This document shows positions 42,071 to 52,723 of a stretch of 64,000 nucleotides of DNA, piece after piece (positions within the stretch are counted from its first letter, which is position 1; each line of letters opens with the position of its first letter). Both the position numbers and the translations under genes were made by a program. The stretch is taken from the NCBI GenBank assembly GCA_000165345.1, contig CM000436.1, forward strand, positions 64,001 to 128,000, in the 5' to 3' direction. The notes below the pieces were generated by a model, which made no database searches, had not been told where the DNA came from, and saw only the letters and a list, made by a program, of their open reading frames with translations.

Positions 42071-43006
42071 ATGGCTTTTGTTAAGGTTTTGAAGAATAAG
42101 GCATACTTCAGCCGTTACCAGGTTAAACCACGTAGACGACGTGAAGGTAAGACTGATTATCAAGCTCGTCGTGCTATGATTTCTCAGGACAAGACAAAGT
42201 ACAACTCACCAAAGTACCGTTTTGTTGTAAGATTGACCAATACAAAAGTAATATGCCAAATTATCTATGCCACAATTGAGGGAGACAGAGTGATTTGCTC
42301 AGCAGACTCTACAGAATTACCAAGATATGGCGTCCCAGTTGGTTTAGCAAACTTTTCAGCAGCATATTGCACTGGTCTTTTATGTGCCAGACGTGTATTG
42401 AAACAACTCAATATGGATAAAATCTTCACTGGAGTTGGTGAGATTACTGGAGATGACTACCATGTAGAGGAAGAGGCTGAAGATAGAAGACCATTCAAGT
42501 GCATTTTAGATGTTGGTCTCACTAGAACAACAAGTGGAAACCGTGTCTTTGCTGCCATGAAGGGTGCTACTGATGGTGGAATCTATATACCACATTCCCC
42601 AAACAGATTCCCAGGATTCACCAAAGGTGAGAATGGTGCTGAAGACTCGTTCGATGCTGAAGTACTCAAGGATCGTATTCTTGGAAAGCACATTTCCAAC
42701 TACATGTCTGAGATGCAGGAAGATGATCCAGAGAAATACAAGGCTCACTTCTCTCAGTACATTAAGGCTGGTATCACTGCTGACAAACTCGCTGATATGT
42801 ACAAGAACGCCGTCAAGGCAATTCATGCTGACCCATCTCGTCAGAAGAAGCCAGCAAGAAAGGTAACCAAGACTCGTGTTGGAAACACTATTAAGACCGA
42901 GAAGTCCCAATACGTTAGACATGTTAAGCTAACTAACCAACAGAGAAAGGAAAGAGTCCAGAAGAAGATCGAACTTGTTGCTCAGTTGGCTGCTCAGGAA
43001 GAGTAA
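42071..43006 (+). CDS. RPL5: 60S ribosomal protein L5 (uL18).
   Basis: 311 aa. MAFVKVLKNKAYFSRYQVKPRRRREGKTDYQARR is the canonical eukaryotic L5 N-terminus. Family similarity continues throughout. Confidence 0.93.
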   Translation: MAFVKVLKNKAYFSRYQVKPRRRREGKTDYQARRAMISQDKTKYNSPKYRFVVRLTNTKVICQIIYATIEGDRVICSADSTELPRYGVPVGLANFSAAYCTGLLCARRVLKQLNMDKIFTGVGEITGDDYHVEEEAEDRRPFKCILDVGLTRTTSGNRVFAAMKGATDGGIYIPHSPNRFPGFTKGENGAEDSFDAEVLKDRILGKHISNYMSEMQEDDPEKYKAHFSQYIKAGITADKLADMYKNAVKAIHADPSRQKKPARKVTKTRVGNTIKTEKSQYVRHVKLTNQQRKERVQKKIELVAQLAAQEE

Positions 43007-43354
43007 ATTTTGTAGAGGTATCATATAATAATGATGTTGCATCTATAGTGATAGTAACCCTTATTTAACACGTAGCTTTCTTCTTTTCAGTACATTCTTC
43101 CTTTTTTTTCATCTTATTGCGCTATTGCTTATGATTGACGTGCATTCTGACCTTATCTACGCTTTTTCCTTGCTTGTATTTAATTCTCACTCGATTTGTT
43201 CATTTTGTTTTATTCTCAGCTCTAATTTTGATTCCCAATTTAATTTAAATAAATGTTGCTAATCAAATTTACTTGTTCTAATTCTTGATTAAGCTATAAT
43301 TCTAACTTTTAACATTTTGTTCCTTTTTAATTAAACAATAATCATCCAAAAACT

Positions 43355-43470
43355 CTATATTACATGTGGATAAATACCGGCATTACTATTAATTATTTCG
43401 TCCACATTTTTTTAATGCATGTGCATGTTTTACCCGCCTAAATGAAGGTTAAAAATTAAAATACCGGTAG
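43355..43470. promoter_or_regulatory. Composite promoter block upstream of the DNAJC8-like gene: ACATGTGGATAAATACCGGCATTA, GTCCACAT, GCATGTGCATG, TTTTACCCGCCTAAA (E2F half box), ATACCGGTAG.
   Basis: All elements read directly. Each also recurs in other intergenic regions of the window. Confidence 0.45.
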
Positions 43471-43615
43471 TACGTCAAAATATAGTAAAAAAAATTCAAG
43501 TTTGAAAGGAAAAAAAAAGAAACTAGGGGTAAAATAAGGAGCATCAAAACTTCCTCAGTCAAATAATGGAGCTGAGTGATTACATTTTGTACGTGAGTTA
43601 CAAGAGAGGAAATCA

Positions 43616-44500
43616 GTGAAGATGGAGGGGAGTGAAGGTGGTGAGAATGGAACTGCCGAGTTTGATCCAAAAAGTTACGAAGAAAAATCCAGAGATCAAA
43701 AGACAAAGAATACTCAAAGCGAAGATGACCTTTTTGATTTGTTTATGAAGGAGGTTAATGAAGCAAACAGTAAAAGCACTAACCAAGGAAAAAACATTGG
43801 CAGAAATAATCATTCAAAAAGGGTCAAAATATCAAAGTTATTAATTGAAGGAAAAATAAAGGAAGCCATTAGTAGCTCATATGGCAATGATGAATTAACT
43901 ATAGGAACCTCAGAAGAAGAAATCCTACGTCTAACTTCACGTGTGTTTGCCAATGCATATGAAGTTATAGGGATACCAGTCGATTCTGATGATTCTGTGA
44001 TTGGTAAAAAGTATAGAAAGCTCTCATTATTGATCCACCCTGATAAGACAAGTCATGAAAAGGCTAGAGAAGCGTTTGAAATACTCAATAAGGCATATGA
44101 GGAGCTACAAAAGGCTGAAAATCGTGTCAAATACAAGGAAGTCTGGAAACGTGCTGAGGAATTAGTTAAGAAAGAAAACAAGAAAAATAAGCTCTTCAAA
44201 AAGGATCAACAAGATCAGGAAACCTATAAAAAGGAGTTTAATAAACAGGTTATAGAAATGTGCGAGAAGCTTTTAAATGATTTACAGGAGCGAAAGGAGT
44301 ACAGTGAAAAGTGTCTCTTAGCAAATCATAGATTTGAACAAGAATTATATAGACAAAAATTGCAGGAAGAAAAAGAAAGGTGTGTTCAAAGACAAAAATG
44401 GAATGAAAAATTTGAGGAAAGAGCTCAAGGTTGGAGATCATATAAACAAAATAACTCTAAATTATTCAACAATAAATCTAGCTTCGATAATGATGATTAG
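43616..44500 (+). CDS. DnaJ (J-domain) protein of the DNAJC8/Spf31 type.
   Basis: 294 aa. J domain NAYEVIGIPVDSDDSVIGKKYRKLSLLIHPDKTSHEKAREAFEILNKAYEEL with HPD. Followed by a K/E-rich helical tail ending GWRSYKQNNSK, which parallels the DNAJC8 tail. Confidence 0.68.
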   Translation: MKMEGSEGGENGTAEFDPKSYEEKSRDQKTKNTQSEDDLFDLFMKEVNEANSKSTNQGKNIGRNNHSKRVKISKLLIEGKIKEAISSSYGNDELTIGTSEEEILRLTSRVFANAYEVIGIPVDSDDSVIGKKYRKLSLLIHPDKTSHEKAREAFEILNKAYEELQKAENRVKYKEVWKRAEELVKKENKKNKLFKKDQQDQETYKKEFNKQVIEMCEKLLNDLQERKEYSEKCLLANHRFEQELYRQKLQEEKERCVQRQKWNEKFEERAQGWRSYKQNNSKLFNNKSSFDNDD

Positions 44501-44548
44501 ATTATTGAAACATATCAATTGTAAGACAGTTTCAGCAAACTATGTGAA

Positions 44549-46891
44549 TTATAGCAACTGGATTGGTAAGGTAGAATCTTCAATATTCTGTATTAAGTTG
44601 CAGATCTTTTCTCTAATTTCTTTATTATCATTAGGTTCTGTTAAAATTATTCTTTCTTTATAAAGTATATTAACTATAACATTTCTTTTGTTATCTCTGG
44701 TATCTTTTACCGAAAAATAAAAGTTTGGAAAGTTGTCTTTTTTACTATATTCATCAATTTCAAGATTCTTATCCTTAATTTGAGCTTCTATTTGAGGATG
44801 AATACCATCTATACATAATCCATAGTTATTTTCTATAGATGATCTTAAAGTATTATATATTTCAATGTCTGCTAGGCTATTTTCATCCTGTTTATTTTCT
44901 GATAGAAAAGCAATATAATCCAGAATCATGAATGAAAGAGTATCTACTACCAAATCACATAATTGTGAAGAATTCCATTGAATTATTAACTCATGATCAC
45001 CAAGATCATGCCCATCCTGTCCAATTTCTTTTATTATATATATTACAATACTATTTTCATATAGATAAATCATTTCATTATTTAATATAACATCATCAAA
45101 AGATTTCTCAATTTCTTTCTCCAATTTGTTTAGATCCATTACAAAATTCTTTGGTAATGGTATTCTCATTGTTTGTTTAATACAAGACTTTTTCACATCA
45201 ATGATTTCTGATACATCTTGTGGTTTCATTAATAATGTTGGTTCAAAAGGGCGCATAATCAATAAAGTTTCCTCAATATCAATTTTAGAACTTTCTCTTC
45301 TTATTTTTTTAATACCATTATTACTATTCATATCAATTTGATTATCTTTCTCTCCTTTAACAAACAATTGCTTCTCATTTTCTTCTTTTTCTGTCAAATT
45401 CTTGATTACATTGCAAATGCTTCCAATTGCATGTATTGCTTGTTGTGTAGGGAAAGTTAGTCCTACTTTTTGAAGAATTTCAGGAGCAAAAACAGCCAAA
45501 GATGGAGATAATTCTTTTAGCTTATCTTTAAGCTTCTTGCATTCTCCTCTTTCTCCATGAACAAGAATAACATTTGGGACTTTTAAACTGTTTATAAACT
45601 CTTGGGTCTGAGTAAAATCAGAGTGTGCTGAAAACGATATTTGGTCAAATTTAGCTCTCATTGGGATAACTTTTTCTCCAAGTTGAATCATTTCAGGCTC
45701 CTTACGAAGTTCATAAGCTGGTGTGCCTCTAACTGCATATCCTGTCAATATGATTCCATTTCTCTTATCTGGGGCCCAAATTTCAAAAATGTCACGGGAT
45801 GTACCATTTTGAAGCATACCTGGAGCTGCCATTACTACACAAGGACCTGGATTATAGATAATATCTTTAATTTCATTAAGTGAATTGACTGTTTTAATAT
45901 AATTGAATTGAAAAGGATTAATTCCTAAATCTGCTTGTCTTCTAACAGAATCTCCACACTGGTTGATATATGTCTCAAAGACTCTCATACATTTAATTGA
46001 CATAGGGGATGCATATATGATTGGAACATTTTGGATTGATGGAGTTCTCGACCAGTGTTCTTCTAGAATTAAAAGAAGTTCTTGAGCTCTGCCAATAGCA
46101 AATACTGGAAGCAAACATTTTCCTTTTCTTGTGATAATTGACTGAACTCCACCAAGAAACCTTTTTTCTCTATCAATTCGTGGTTCGTGTATTCTTGTCC
46201 CATATGTAGATTCACAAATCAAGACATGCACATCTATTGGAGGTATTTCTGCTCTTGGAACATGACGATCATCTTCTCTACTATAATCACCAGTATAAAG
46301 AATTCGAACTCCTCCAATTTCTACTAGAAACATACAAGCTCCCAATACATGTCCAGCTCCATAGCATGAAAATCTGATTCCATCCAGTTCAACTTGTTGT
46401 CTAAAATCGATAATTTCTGTCATATTAATAGCTTTCTCAATATCTTTTTCCGTATATAAGTTAATACTTGATAATGGTGCTTCCTCTGATTCGATGCTTC
46501 CGGCGGAGAATTTGTTAACTCTTGCATAGTCTTGCCAAACTAGTTTACAAATAGCCTTAGTAGGTTCAGTCATAAATACTTTACCATTAAAGTCTGTCAA
46601 ACTAACAAAGTAAGGAGTTGCCCCAGAATGATCCAAATGAAAATGAGTAATCAAACAAAGATCGATAGTACTCACATCTATTGCATCAAATACCGGAAGA
46701 GATCCAATGCCTGAAAATGCTGGATGTATTCCACAATCAAACATTACTGAACGACCTTTGAAGGATACGACAACGCATGAACGACCTACTTCACATCCTG
46801 CTCCAAGAACTTGAATATAGAGAGTCTCCCCTTCTATATCAATAGTCTGTTCAGTCACTCCTGAGTCCAAAACTACTTCATTGTAACTCAT
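44549..46891 (-). CDS. Cleavage and polyadenylation specificity factor 73-kDa subunit (CPSF3/Ysh1-like), a metallo-beta-lactamase/beta-CASP nuclease.
   Basis: 780 aa. LGAGCEVGRSCVVV, then ITHFHLDHSGATPYF (HxHxDH). Later His/Asp motifs (GHVLGA, YTGDYS, SAHSD) give the expected MBL/beta-CASP order. Confidence 0.78.
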   Translation of the reverse strand: MSYNEVVLDSGVTEQTIDIEGETLYIQVLGAGCEVGRSCVVVSFKGRSVMFDCGIHPAFSGIGSLPVFDAIDVSTIDLCLITHFHLDHSGATPYFVSLTDFNGKVFMTEPTKAICKLVWQDYARVNKFSAGSIESEEAPLSSINLYTEKDIEKAINMTEIIDFRQQVELDGIRFSCYGAGHVLGACMFLVEIGGVRILYTGDYSREDDRHVPRAEIPPIDVHVLICESTYGTRIHEPRIDREKRFLGGVQSIITRKGKCLLPVFAIGRAQELLLILEEHWSRTPSIQNVPIIYASPMSIKCMRVFETYINQCGDSVRRQADLGINPFQFNYIKTVNSLNEIKDIIYNPGPCVVMAAPGMLQNGTSRDIFEIWAPDKRNGIILTGYAVRGTPAYELRKEPEMIQLGEKVIPMRAKFDQISFSAHSDFTQTQEFINSLKVPNVILVHGERGECKKLKDKLKELSPSLAVFAPEILQKVGLTFPTQQAIHAIGSICNVIKNLTEKEENEKQLFVKGEKDNQIDMNSNNGIKKIRRESSKIDIEETLLIMRPFEPTLLMKPQDVSEIIDVKKSCIKQTMRIPLPKNFVMDLNKLEKEIEKSFDDVILNNEMIYLYENSIVIYIIKEIGQDGHDLGDHELIIQWNSSQLCDLVVDTLSFMILDYIAFLSENKQDENSLADIEIYNTLRSSIENNYGLCIDGIHPQIEAQIKDKNLEIDEYSKKDNFPNFYFSVKDTRDNKRNVIVNILYKERIILTEPNDNKEIREKICNLIQNIEDSTLPIQLL

Positions 46892-47090
46892 TTCTAATAT
46901 TCTTTAAATTAGCGCCAATAATCAATTCCTTTACATTTGTGAATCCAAAACCTTTATAGACAATCCAATACTCTTTCAATAAAAATAGCTTTAACTAAGA
47001 AGAAAATTATGATTTAAGTCACTTTTTCTTGAAATTTTTTTTTTCAATAAAAAAAACCCTTTCTTTTGGCATCTTTTTTTATCATAAACC

Positions 47091-47105
47091 TTTGGGCGGG
47101 AAATG
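47091..47105. promoter_or_regulatory. E2F/DP-like box TTTGGGCGGGAAATG about 200 bp upstream of CPSF-73.
   Basis: Direct match. Confidence 0.5.
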
Positions 47106-47235
47106 TAGATCACGAGACGATACATTTTAGGGTATCGGTATTAATTACGACAAAGTTTAAAAATTGTAATAAAATTTGGATTTTTAGATGAAAAATATGG
47201 ACACTGCCGGCTTAATTAGAATCGAAAATCTCTTA

Positions 47236-48225
47236 TCAAATTGAAAATGATTTGTAGTTTCCAATAGAAAATTTTGAGACGTTGTTATTAAAATAGTCAA
47301 TAAATGAATTTACAGTTTTTATAAGCTCCAGTTTGATTGTTTTTACAATTATGTAGTCTGGTTGATTATTCTCTTCATCAGGATCAAGACTTAGGTTATA
47401 TTCACCGAATGAAATATGATCTCCAATAAGTTTCGGTAATATTATTAGTAGTCTAAGTAAGTGCTCAATGCCAAATATTTCAGAAAATTTGGTGCTTTTT
47501 GTAATATTCTTCTCGAAGTAGCTAACTTGATTCATTTCTGATGGGTAAATAAGTCTCTTTTTGAGAGATTTATTGAAAATCTTTGTCAACATATTTAAAA
47601 TCAATTTCTGAATCTCTATTTCAGGGGAAGTTTCTTTCTTTTTCTTTATTAGATTACTTTCATAGATGATATATTCTGAAAAGATATCCTCAATGTTTGG
47701 GCTTTTGGGTAATATCACCAATTTTCCGTGACTTATTTGGTTTTTGTCATGTATCAAGACACTGTATATCATCTCAGAAAATTCAAACCATTCAACTTCT
47801 ATTTTATTAAAGTTTAATATTGAAATTTTCATCTCTTGTTGGGAGTGAAGCTTTCCAAGCATATCCTCAACTATTGCTCGATCTTGGTCTTTTAAGGCAT
47901 TTCGAAGCATTTTCTGAGTTTCAGCACTTTTTTTTCTCGTATATCCATCTATTTCAAATATGAGAGCTTCTGACTTCCACTCATTATAATCTTTATTGAA
48001 ATAATAATTCTTACTCCCAGTCTTGTGCTTTGTTACATATCCCACATAGTAAATGGGGTGCCACCCATTTGGATGTATTTTTAATGAAGTATCTAAAATA
48101 ATTGCTTTCCATAGTTGACCTTTCCATAATGAATAAACCAAATCACCGATTTTATGCTTAAATTTTACTTCATCCTTAACATTATGGGAGTGCAGCTCCT
48201 GGACTAATTTCTCCACATTTTTCAT
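47236..48225 (-). CDS. MRG-family chromatin protein (Eaf3/MRG15-like): N-terminal chromo-barrel plus C-terminal MRG domain.
   Basis: 329 aa. Chromo-barrel FKHKIGDLVYSLWKGQLWKAIILD...YYVGYVTKHKTGSKNYYFNKDYNEWKSEALIF. MRG-domain hallmark FGIEHLLRLLIILPKLIG (compare YGAPHLLRLFVRIGAML in MRG15). Confidence 0.62.
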   Translation of the reverse strand: MKNVEKLVQELHSHNVKDEVKFKHKIGDLVYSLWKGQLWKAIILDTSLKIHPNGWHPIYYVGYVTKHKTGSKNYYFNKDYNEWKSEALIFEIDGYTRKKSAETQKMLRNALKDQDRAIVEDMLGKLHSQQEMKISILNFNKIEVEWFEFSEMIYSVLIHDKNQISHGKLVILPKSPNIEDIFSEYIIYESNLIKKKKETSPEIEIQKLILNMLTKIFNKSLKKRLIYPSEMNQVSYFEKNITKSTKFSEIFGIEHLLRLLIILPKLIGDHISFGEYNLSLDPDEENNQPDYIIVKTIKLELIKTVNSFIDYFNNNVSKFSIGNYKSFSI

Positions 48226-49069
48226 TGGTTTCTATTTTTATCTAATATTAATAAAGTTGAACCTTGATAAATAACTAAATTACCACAACTTGAGTTTATC
48301 ACTCACATAAATTAGCTTAATCAATAATGATTAAATCAAATGTTAATATTAGCCTTTCTTTATTTTATTTGCTAATTTATTATTTTGTTTCTTTTTTCCC
48401 TTTCAGTTACTACATATTATACATGCCTTTTGTCTTGTCTGTGTTTAATAATATACCAGAAATTCATATAACAGCCTTTTTCCCCAAATTTTACCGCGCA
48501 TTTGACATTTTTATTTTTTAGGCCCATTTAAAATAATTCACACGGGCCCCACGTCTTGTCTCCAAAATAATTAAATATATTATTTAATCTTATTGGTATT
48601 GGCATAATGTCAAATAATTAGCATTAGAATGTGTAATGACTAGACAATAATATTCGAAAATGTATTTGAATAATTGTGATTAGCAAAATAAATAGTCTGA
48701 ATTAATATAATGTAATGAGGAGAATTTGATCATTAACCAAATTTTTTTTGAATTATTATAAATAATCTGAGATAATAAGATAAAAATTTTGAATTTCCAT
48801 ATAAATTAATCGGTTGGTTGGTTGGTAATTAAAATCTGTTTGTTCTTTAATTCTGGCTAGGTCAGATTCAAATATAATATTAATTGTGGTTTTATGAATC
48901 TTGAAATTTCAAGATCAAGGATTAATCTGAATTTATGACCAATCTTTAATCTCATTTTTTTTTTTTTGTGAAAAAACTCTTGGACTTCTTTTTATTTCCT
49001 ATATATATATTATAAGCGTGTATATAAATATATGCATAAAATATATATATTTAAATAAATAAAGGAAAT

Positions 49070-51991
49070 ATGGACCCGGACAAAAGTCTAAATGATCACC
49101 AATTAAATATTAAACAAGATGAAGTTTCTCTTCAAAGCTTACCAATAGATAATGATTTAAATCTGGACCACTCACAGAATAACTCACAAAATATTGATAT
49201 TTTCACAGTTAATGCTGATACAATTAATGATAGTAAAGATCAAAATAGTACTAATGAGTTAAATATGGAGGTTATTTCTGACCAAAAATCAACAAATCAA
49301 AGTGAAGATTTTGGCTCTAGGTCAAATTTAGATCAATTGATTAAGTATCCATTATTGGATAGTTTCAATCCCAAACCTGGATTCTTCCAGAAGCTGATTC
49401 ATTCTCGTGACTCAAAAACTCTGAAGGAGTACATTTTCAGCCCAATGAGATGTATTATCAACGATAGGGACTCATCAGGGTGTACTGCTCTGCACATTGC
49501 ACTTTTGAATGCTTATCCGGAGATGCTGGAGATCCTCTTAAGCTGCCAGTCAGAAGATTTAAGACCAAATAATAGTACTGAAAATACTTATATTGCTGGT
49601 GATTCTTTATCAAATACTGCGTACCAAAATAATAATATTATTCCAATTGATTTGTCTATTCCATATGCTGGTATACCAATTTCTCATCTAGTACTTTGTA
49701 AGGCAATTTTTCCAGAGAGATATGAGGATTGTATGAATTGTTTATATCTTCTTTTGCCTTTTACATTAACTCATGGTACTTCTCAAAATGTATCATGGCT
49801 GGATATTAACGCTACAGATCAGCTTGGAATTACTGCATTACATTTAGCATGTAGCTTTGGTGATTCAAAAATTGTATCTTTATTACTAGAATATGGTGCA
49901 TTAGCAAATATTTCAGATTTGAATAATGATGAACCAATTCATCATGCCATATCAAGCAGAGATCCTGATACGCTTTCTGTAATGCTTTCAAGTGGAGGTG
50001 CTGACCCATTGAAAGAAACAACTTGCACAGCGAACTTAATAAAATGTTGTATAGATAAATCAGCGTGGAGATGCCTTCATACATTACTGACAGATTCAGA
50101 ATATCAGCAACATCCTATTTCTGAGAGTGAATATGATTTGCTTTCTTTTCATGCACAAAAACTGGGATTAGGATCTGAATTTGAAAGAGTATTTTCTATA
50201 GCTGTTGAAATTGCCACTAATGATGAATCCGAGCAAAGAAGGGTAGGAATAAATGAAAGTCTAATTGCAGATGGCCCTTCAATGGGACTAGCTTCAACTA
50301 GAATATTCACACATGGTTGTTGCATAGACCATATTTCTCTTCCAGAACCAATGGATATGCCAATTAGACGTTCAAAATTAGTGAATAAGATTCCAGAGAA
50401 TCCAACACGTATGGAAGTATTAGTCAAACCAAATGTTGGAATTTTAAAGAGTAATGAGTTTTCATTACTTCAATGGACTGAGTCGTGTAAGCCTGCAATA
50501 TTATCAGATATTCTTAGAGTTCATGATTGGGCATATGTTCGTTTATTACAACATAAGGTTGAAGAAAGCCGATTAATTTGGGATCAAAGACCATTTCTTA
50601 CCGGATCTATAGATGATGATACCCAGTTAACTCCAGGTTCTTGGAAAGCAGCTTTACATGCTAGTGGCTCAGTTATTAATGCCGTTGATTGTGTCTGCAG
50701 AGGCGAGAATCGAAATGCCTTTTGTGCTATAAGGCCTCCTGGACATCATCTTGGAACATGGGGAGCTGCGCAAACAGTTGGTACTGATGAAGGAATTCCA
50801 TCAGGATCACAAGGATTTTGCCTATTAAATAACGTTGCAATAGGTGCGGCTTATTGTAGGTATACATACTCCAATTTAGGTATTTCAAAGATTGCTATTA
50901 TAGATTTTGATGTGCATCATGGTAATGGTACTGAACAAATTGTCCGAAATGCATCTCCAGGAAATAGGAAGATCAAAACATTGTTTAATCCAGTTCCTGG
51001 TATCAACTTGGATTTGGAGCAGGATATATCTTATTATAAGATTTGGAGGGATGAACTTGATGCGGAAAATATATTTTTTTCAAGTGTTCATGCGTATGAT
51101 GGCACATTTTATCCAGGTACAGGGCCAGATCAATGTATTTCTAAGCCTAATATTATTAATATTGGACTCTCAGAAAAGACCACTTCAAAAATCTTCAGGA
51201 ACAAAATTAAGAGATTTTTGTTACCAAAGCTTCTTCAATTTAGGCCTAATATTATTTTCATTTCAGCAGGATTCGATGGCCATGTTATAGATATTGTGGG
51301 AAAAGGATTCACTTCATGCACTGAGGGAGATTATGCATGGCTTACCCAACAGCTGATAAGTATTGCAAATCTTTGTTGTAATGGTAGAATTGTATCAGTT
51401 TTAGAAGGAGGATATAATACAAAAGCTTTAAGCCTTTCACCTCTGGCAAAGTCTGTCGCAGCTCATGTGAGAACTTTACAGTGGACTTCTCCAAACTTAA
51501 TGCCAAATCCACAAGAGTGGGATGATGAGTTATTAACCGAAGATAATGAAGATCTTGAGAATGAAGATAATGATATAACTGATCACAGAGATTCTGGCGT
51601 TTTTGACGGCTATCCCAATAATGATCTAATCGCTTTTGGTAATTCAAATGTTATTAGCTATAATGCTGATAATCTGAACAATTCAAGCAATTCTAATCAT
51701 TATGTTGTTGATACTGGAGGAGAAGCATCTTATTCACCAAGCTTGAAAAGATATAAATCTCAAGAAAAGAGCGAAACAGATGAAAACCCGCCATCTAACA
51801 ATGATTCATCTTCAGCAGTATTTTCTAACTCTCAAATGGGGAGTTATGAAGTTCATAGCAATGCTAGTAATGTTATTAGGCCAAAGCGAGCAGCGGCGAT
51901 TAAAGCTGAAGAAAGTATCCAAAAGAAGATTCAATCTGAATTGGATTCTTCAAAACAAATTAATGGCAATAACTTGAGCGAAAATATTTGA
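49070..51991 (+). CDS. Histone deacetylase (class II/HDA1-like catalytic domain) with N-terminal ankyrin repeats and a long Ser/Asn-rich C-terminal tail.
   Basis: 973 aa. Ankyrin repeats: GCTALHIALLNAYPEMLEILL, GITALHLACSFGDSKIVSLLLEYGALANISD. HDAC core: RPPGHHLG, GFCLLNNVAIGAAY, IIDFDVHHGNGTEQIV, FSSVHAYDGTFYPGTG, ISAGFDGH, VLEGGYN. Confidence 0.85.
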   Translation: MDPDKSLNDHQLNIKQDEVSLQSLPIDNDLNLDHSQNNSQNIDIFTVNADTINDSKDQNSTNELNMEVISDQKSTNQSEDFGSRSNLDQLIKYPLLDSFNPKPGFFQKLIHSRDSKTLKEYIFSPMRCIINDRDSSGCTALHIALLNAYPEMLEILLSCQSEDLRPNNSTENTYIAGDSLSNTAYQNNNIIPIDLSIPYAGIPISHLVLCKAIFPERYEDCMNCLYLLLPFTLTHGTSQNVSWLDINATDQLGITALHLACSFGDSKIVSLLLEYGALANISDLNNDEPIHHAISSRDPDTLSVMLSSGGADPLKETTCTANLIKCCIDKSAWRCLHTLLTDSEYQQHPISESEYDLLSFHAQKLGLGSEFERVFSIAVEIATNDESEQRRVGINESLIADGPSMGLASTRIFTHGCCIDHISLPEPMDMPIRRSKLVNKIPENPTRMEVLVKPNVGILKSNEFSLLQWTESCKPAILSDILRVHDWAYVRLLQHKVEESRLIWDQRPFLTGSIDDDTQLTPGSWKAALHASGSVINAVDCVCRGENRNAFCAIRPPGHHLGTWGAAQTVGTDEGIPSGSQGFCLLNNVAIGAAYCRYTYSNLGISKIAIIDFDVHHGNGTEQIVRNASPGNRKIKTLFNPVPGINLDLEQDISYYKIWRDELDAENIFFSSVHAYDGTFYPGTGPDQCISKPNIINIGLSEKTTSKIFRNKIKRFLLPKLLQFRPNIIFISAGFDGHVIDIVGKGFTSCTEGDYAWLTQQLISIANLCCNGRIVSVLEGGYNTKALSLSPLAKSVAAHVRTLQWTSPNLMPNPQEWDDELLTEDNEDLENEDNDITDHRDSGVFDGYPNNDLIAFGNSNVISYNADNLNNSSNSNHYVVDTGGEASYSPSLKRYKSQEKSETDENPPSNNDSSSAVFSNSQMGSYEVHSNASNVIRPKRAAAIKAEESIQKKIQSELDSSKQINGNNLSENI

Positions 51992-52182
51992 GCCTTTTTG
52001 TTCATTTTTTCTTTTTAGATAACAATCTCGTTATTGTATATTCATAGCTTTAATTATTATATTTTTTTTTTAAATAGTTTTCTAAAGAAATAATTTTTAA
52101 AAACTTTCTCCTATAAAAATTAGTAAATTACCTATTACGTCATTTTTTACATATAGCTTTTGTACACGTATAATCATCTATA

Positions 52183-52208
52183 TACCGGTATTGCATGCAT
52201 CCACATGA
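52183..52208. promoter_or_regulatory. Composite ATACCGGTATTGCATGCATCCACATG (TACCGGTA palindrome, then GCATGCA, then CCACATG) about 520 bp upstream of the SAS-6 gene. A further TTTTGCATGCCTCCCC at about 52236.
   Basis: Direct match. The same three element types co-occur at 28718-28752 and 43355-43470. Confidence 0.45.
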
Positions 52209-52723
52209 ATTTACAAACATCAATAAAAAAAACTTTTGCATGCCTCCCCACATAAGCAATTGCGCGGTACTAGTTAGAGCAAAAAAAAAAAGTGAGTTAA
52301 TTCATTTTAATATTGTAAAAGAGAGGAAATAAAGAGTTTCTAAAAGAGGGTGGAAGGTAGGAATTAATAGCAAATAATTAAGTGACTAAAAAGTAAGGAG
52401 GAGGATAGATGTAAGATTTGGTCTCAGTTGGTGAATTCTTCAAGTTTATTTTGTGTAATTAGAGTTTATTTGCTGAAATACTGTGGATGAGAATCGCGGA
52501 ATAATATTTCTGGTTACTTTTTATATGAAAAGTTTTAATAAATAATTAGGTTTAAGAAAAGAGTGATTTGAATTCTACTGGCTGCTATAAAAAAAGAAAC
52601 CGTAATAAAATTTATAATACTTATACATTGTAACGTTTTTCAAGTAATAGAGCAATAATTACTGATTTTGTGAAATAGAAGAAATTCTGAGTTTTCAAGA
52701 ATCAATGCTAATTTAAGTTTGAT

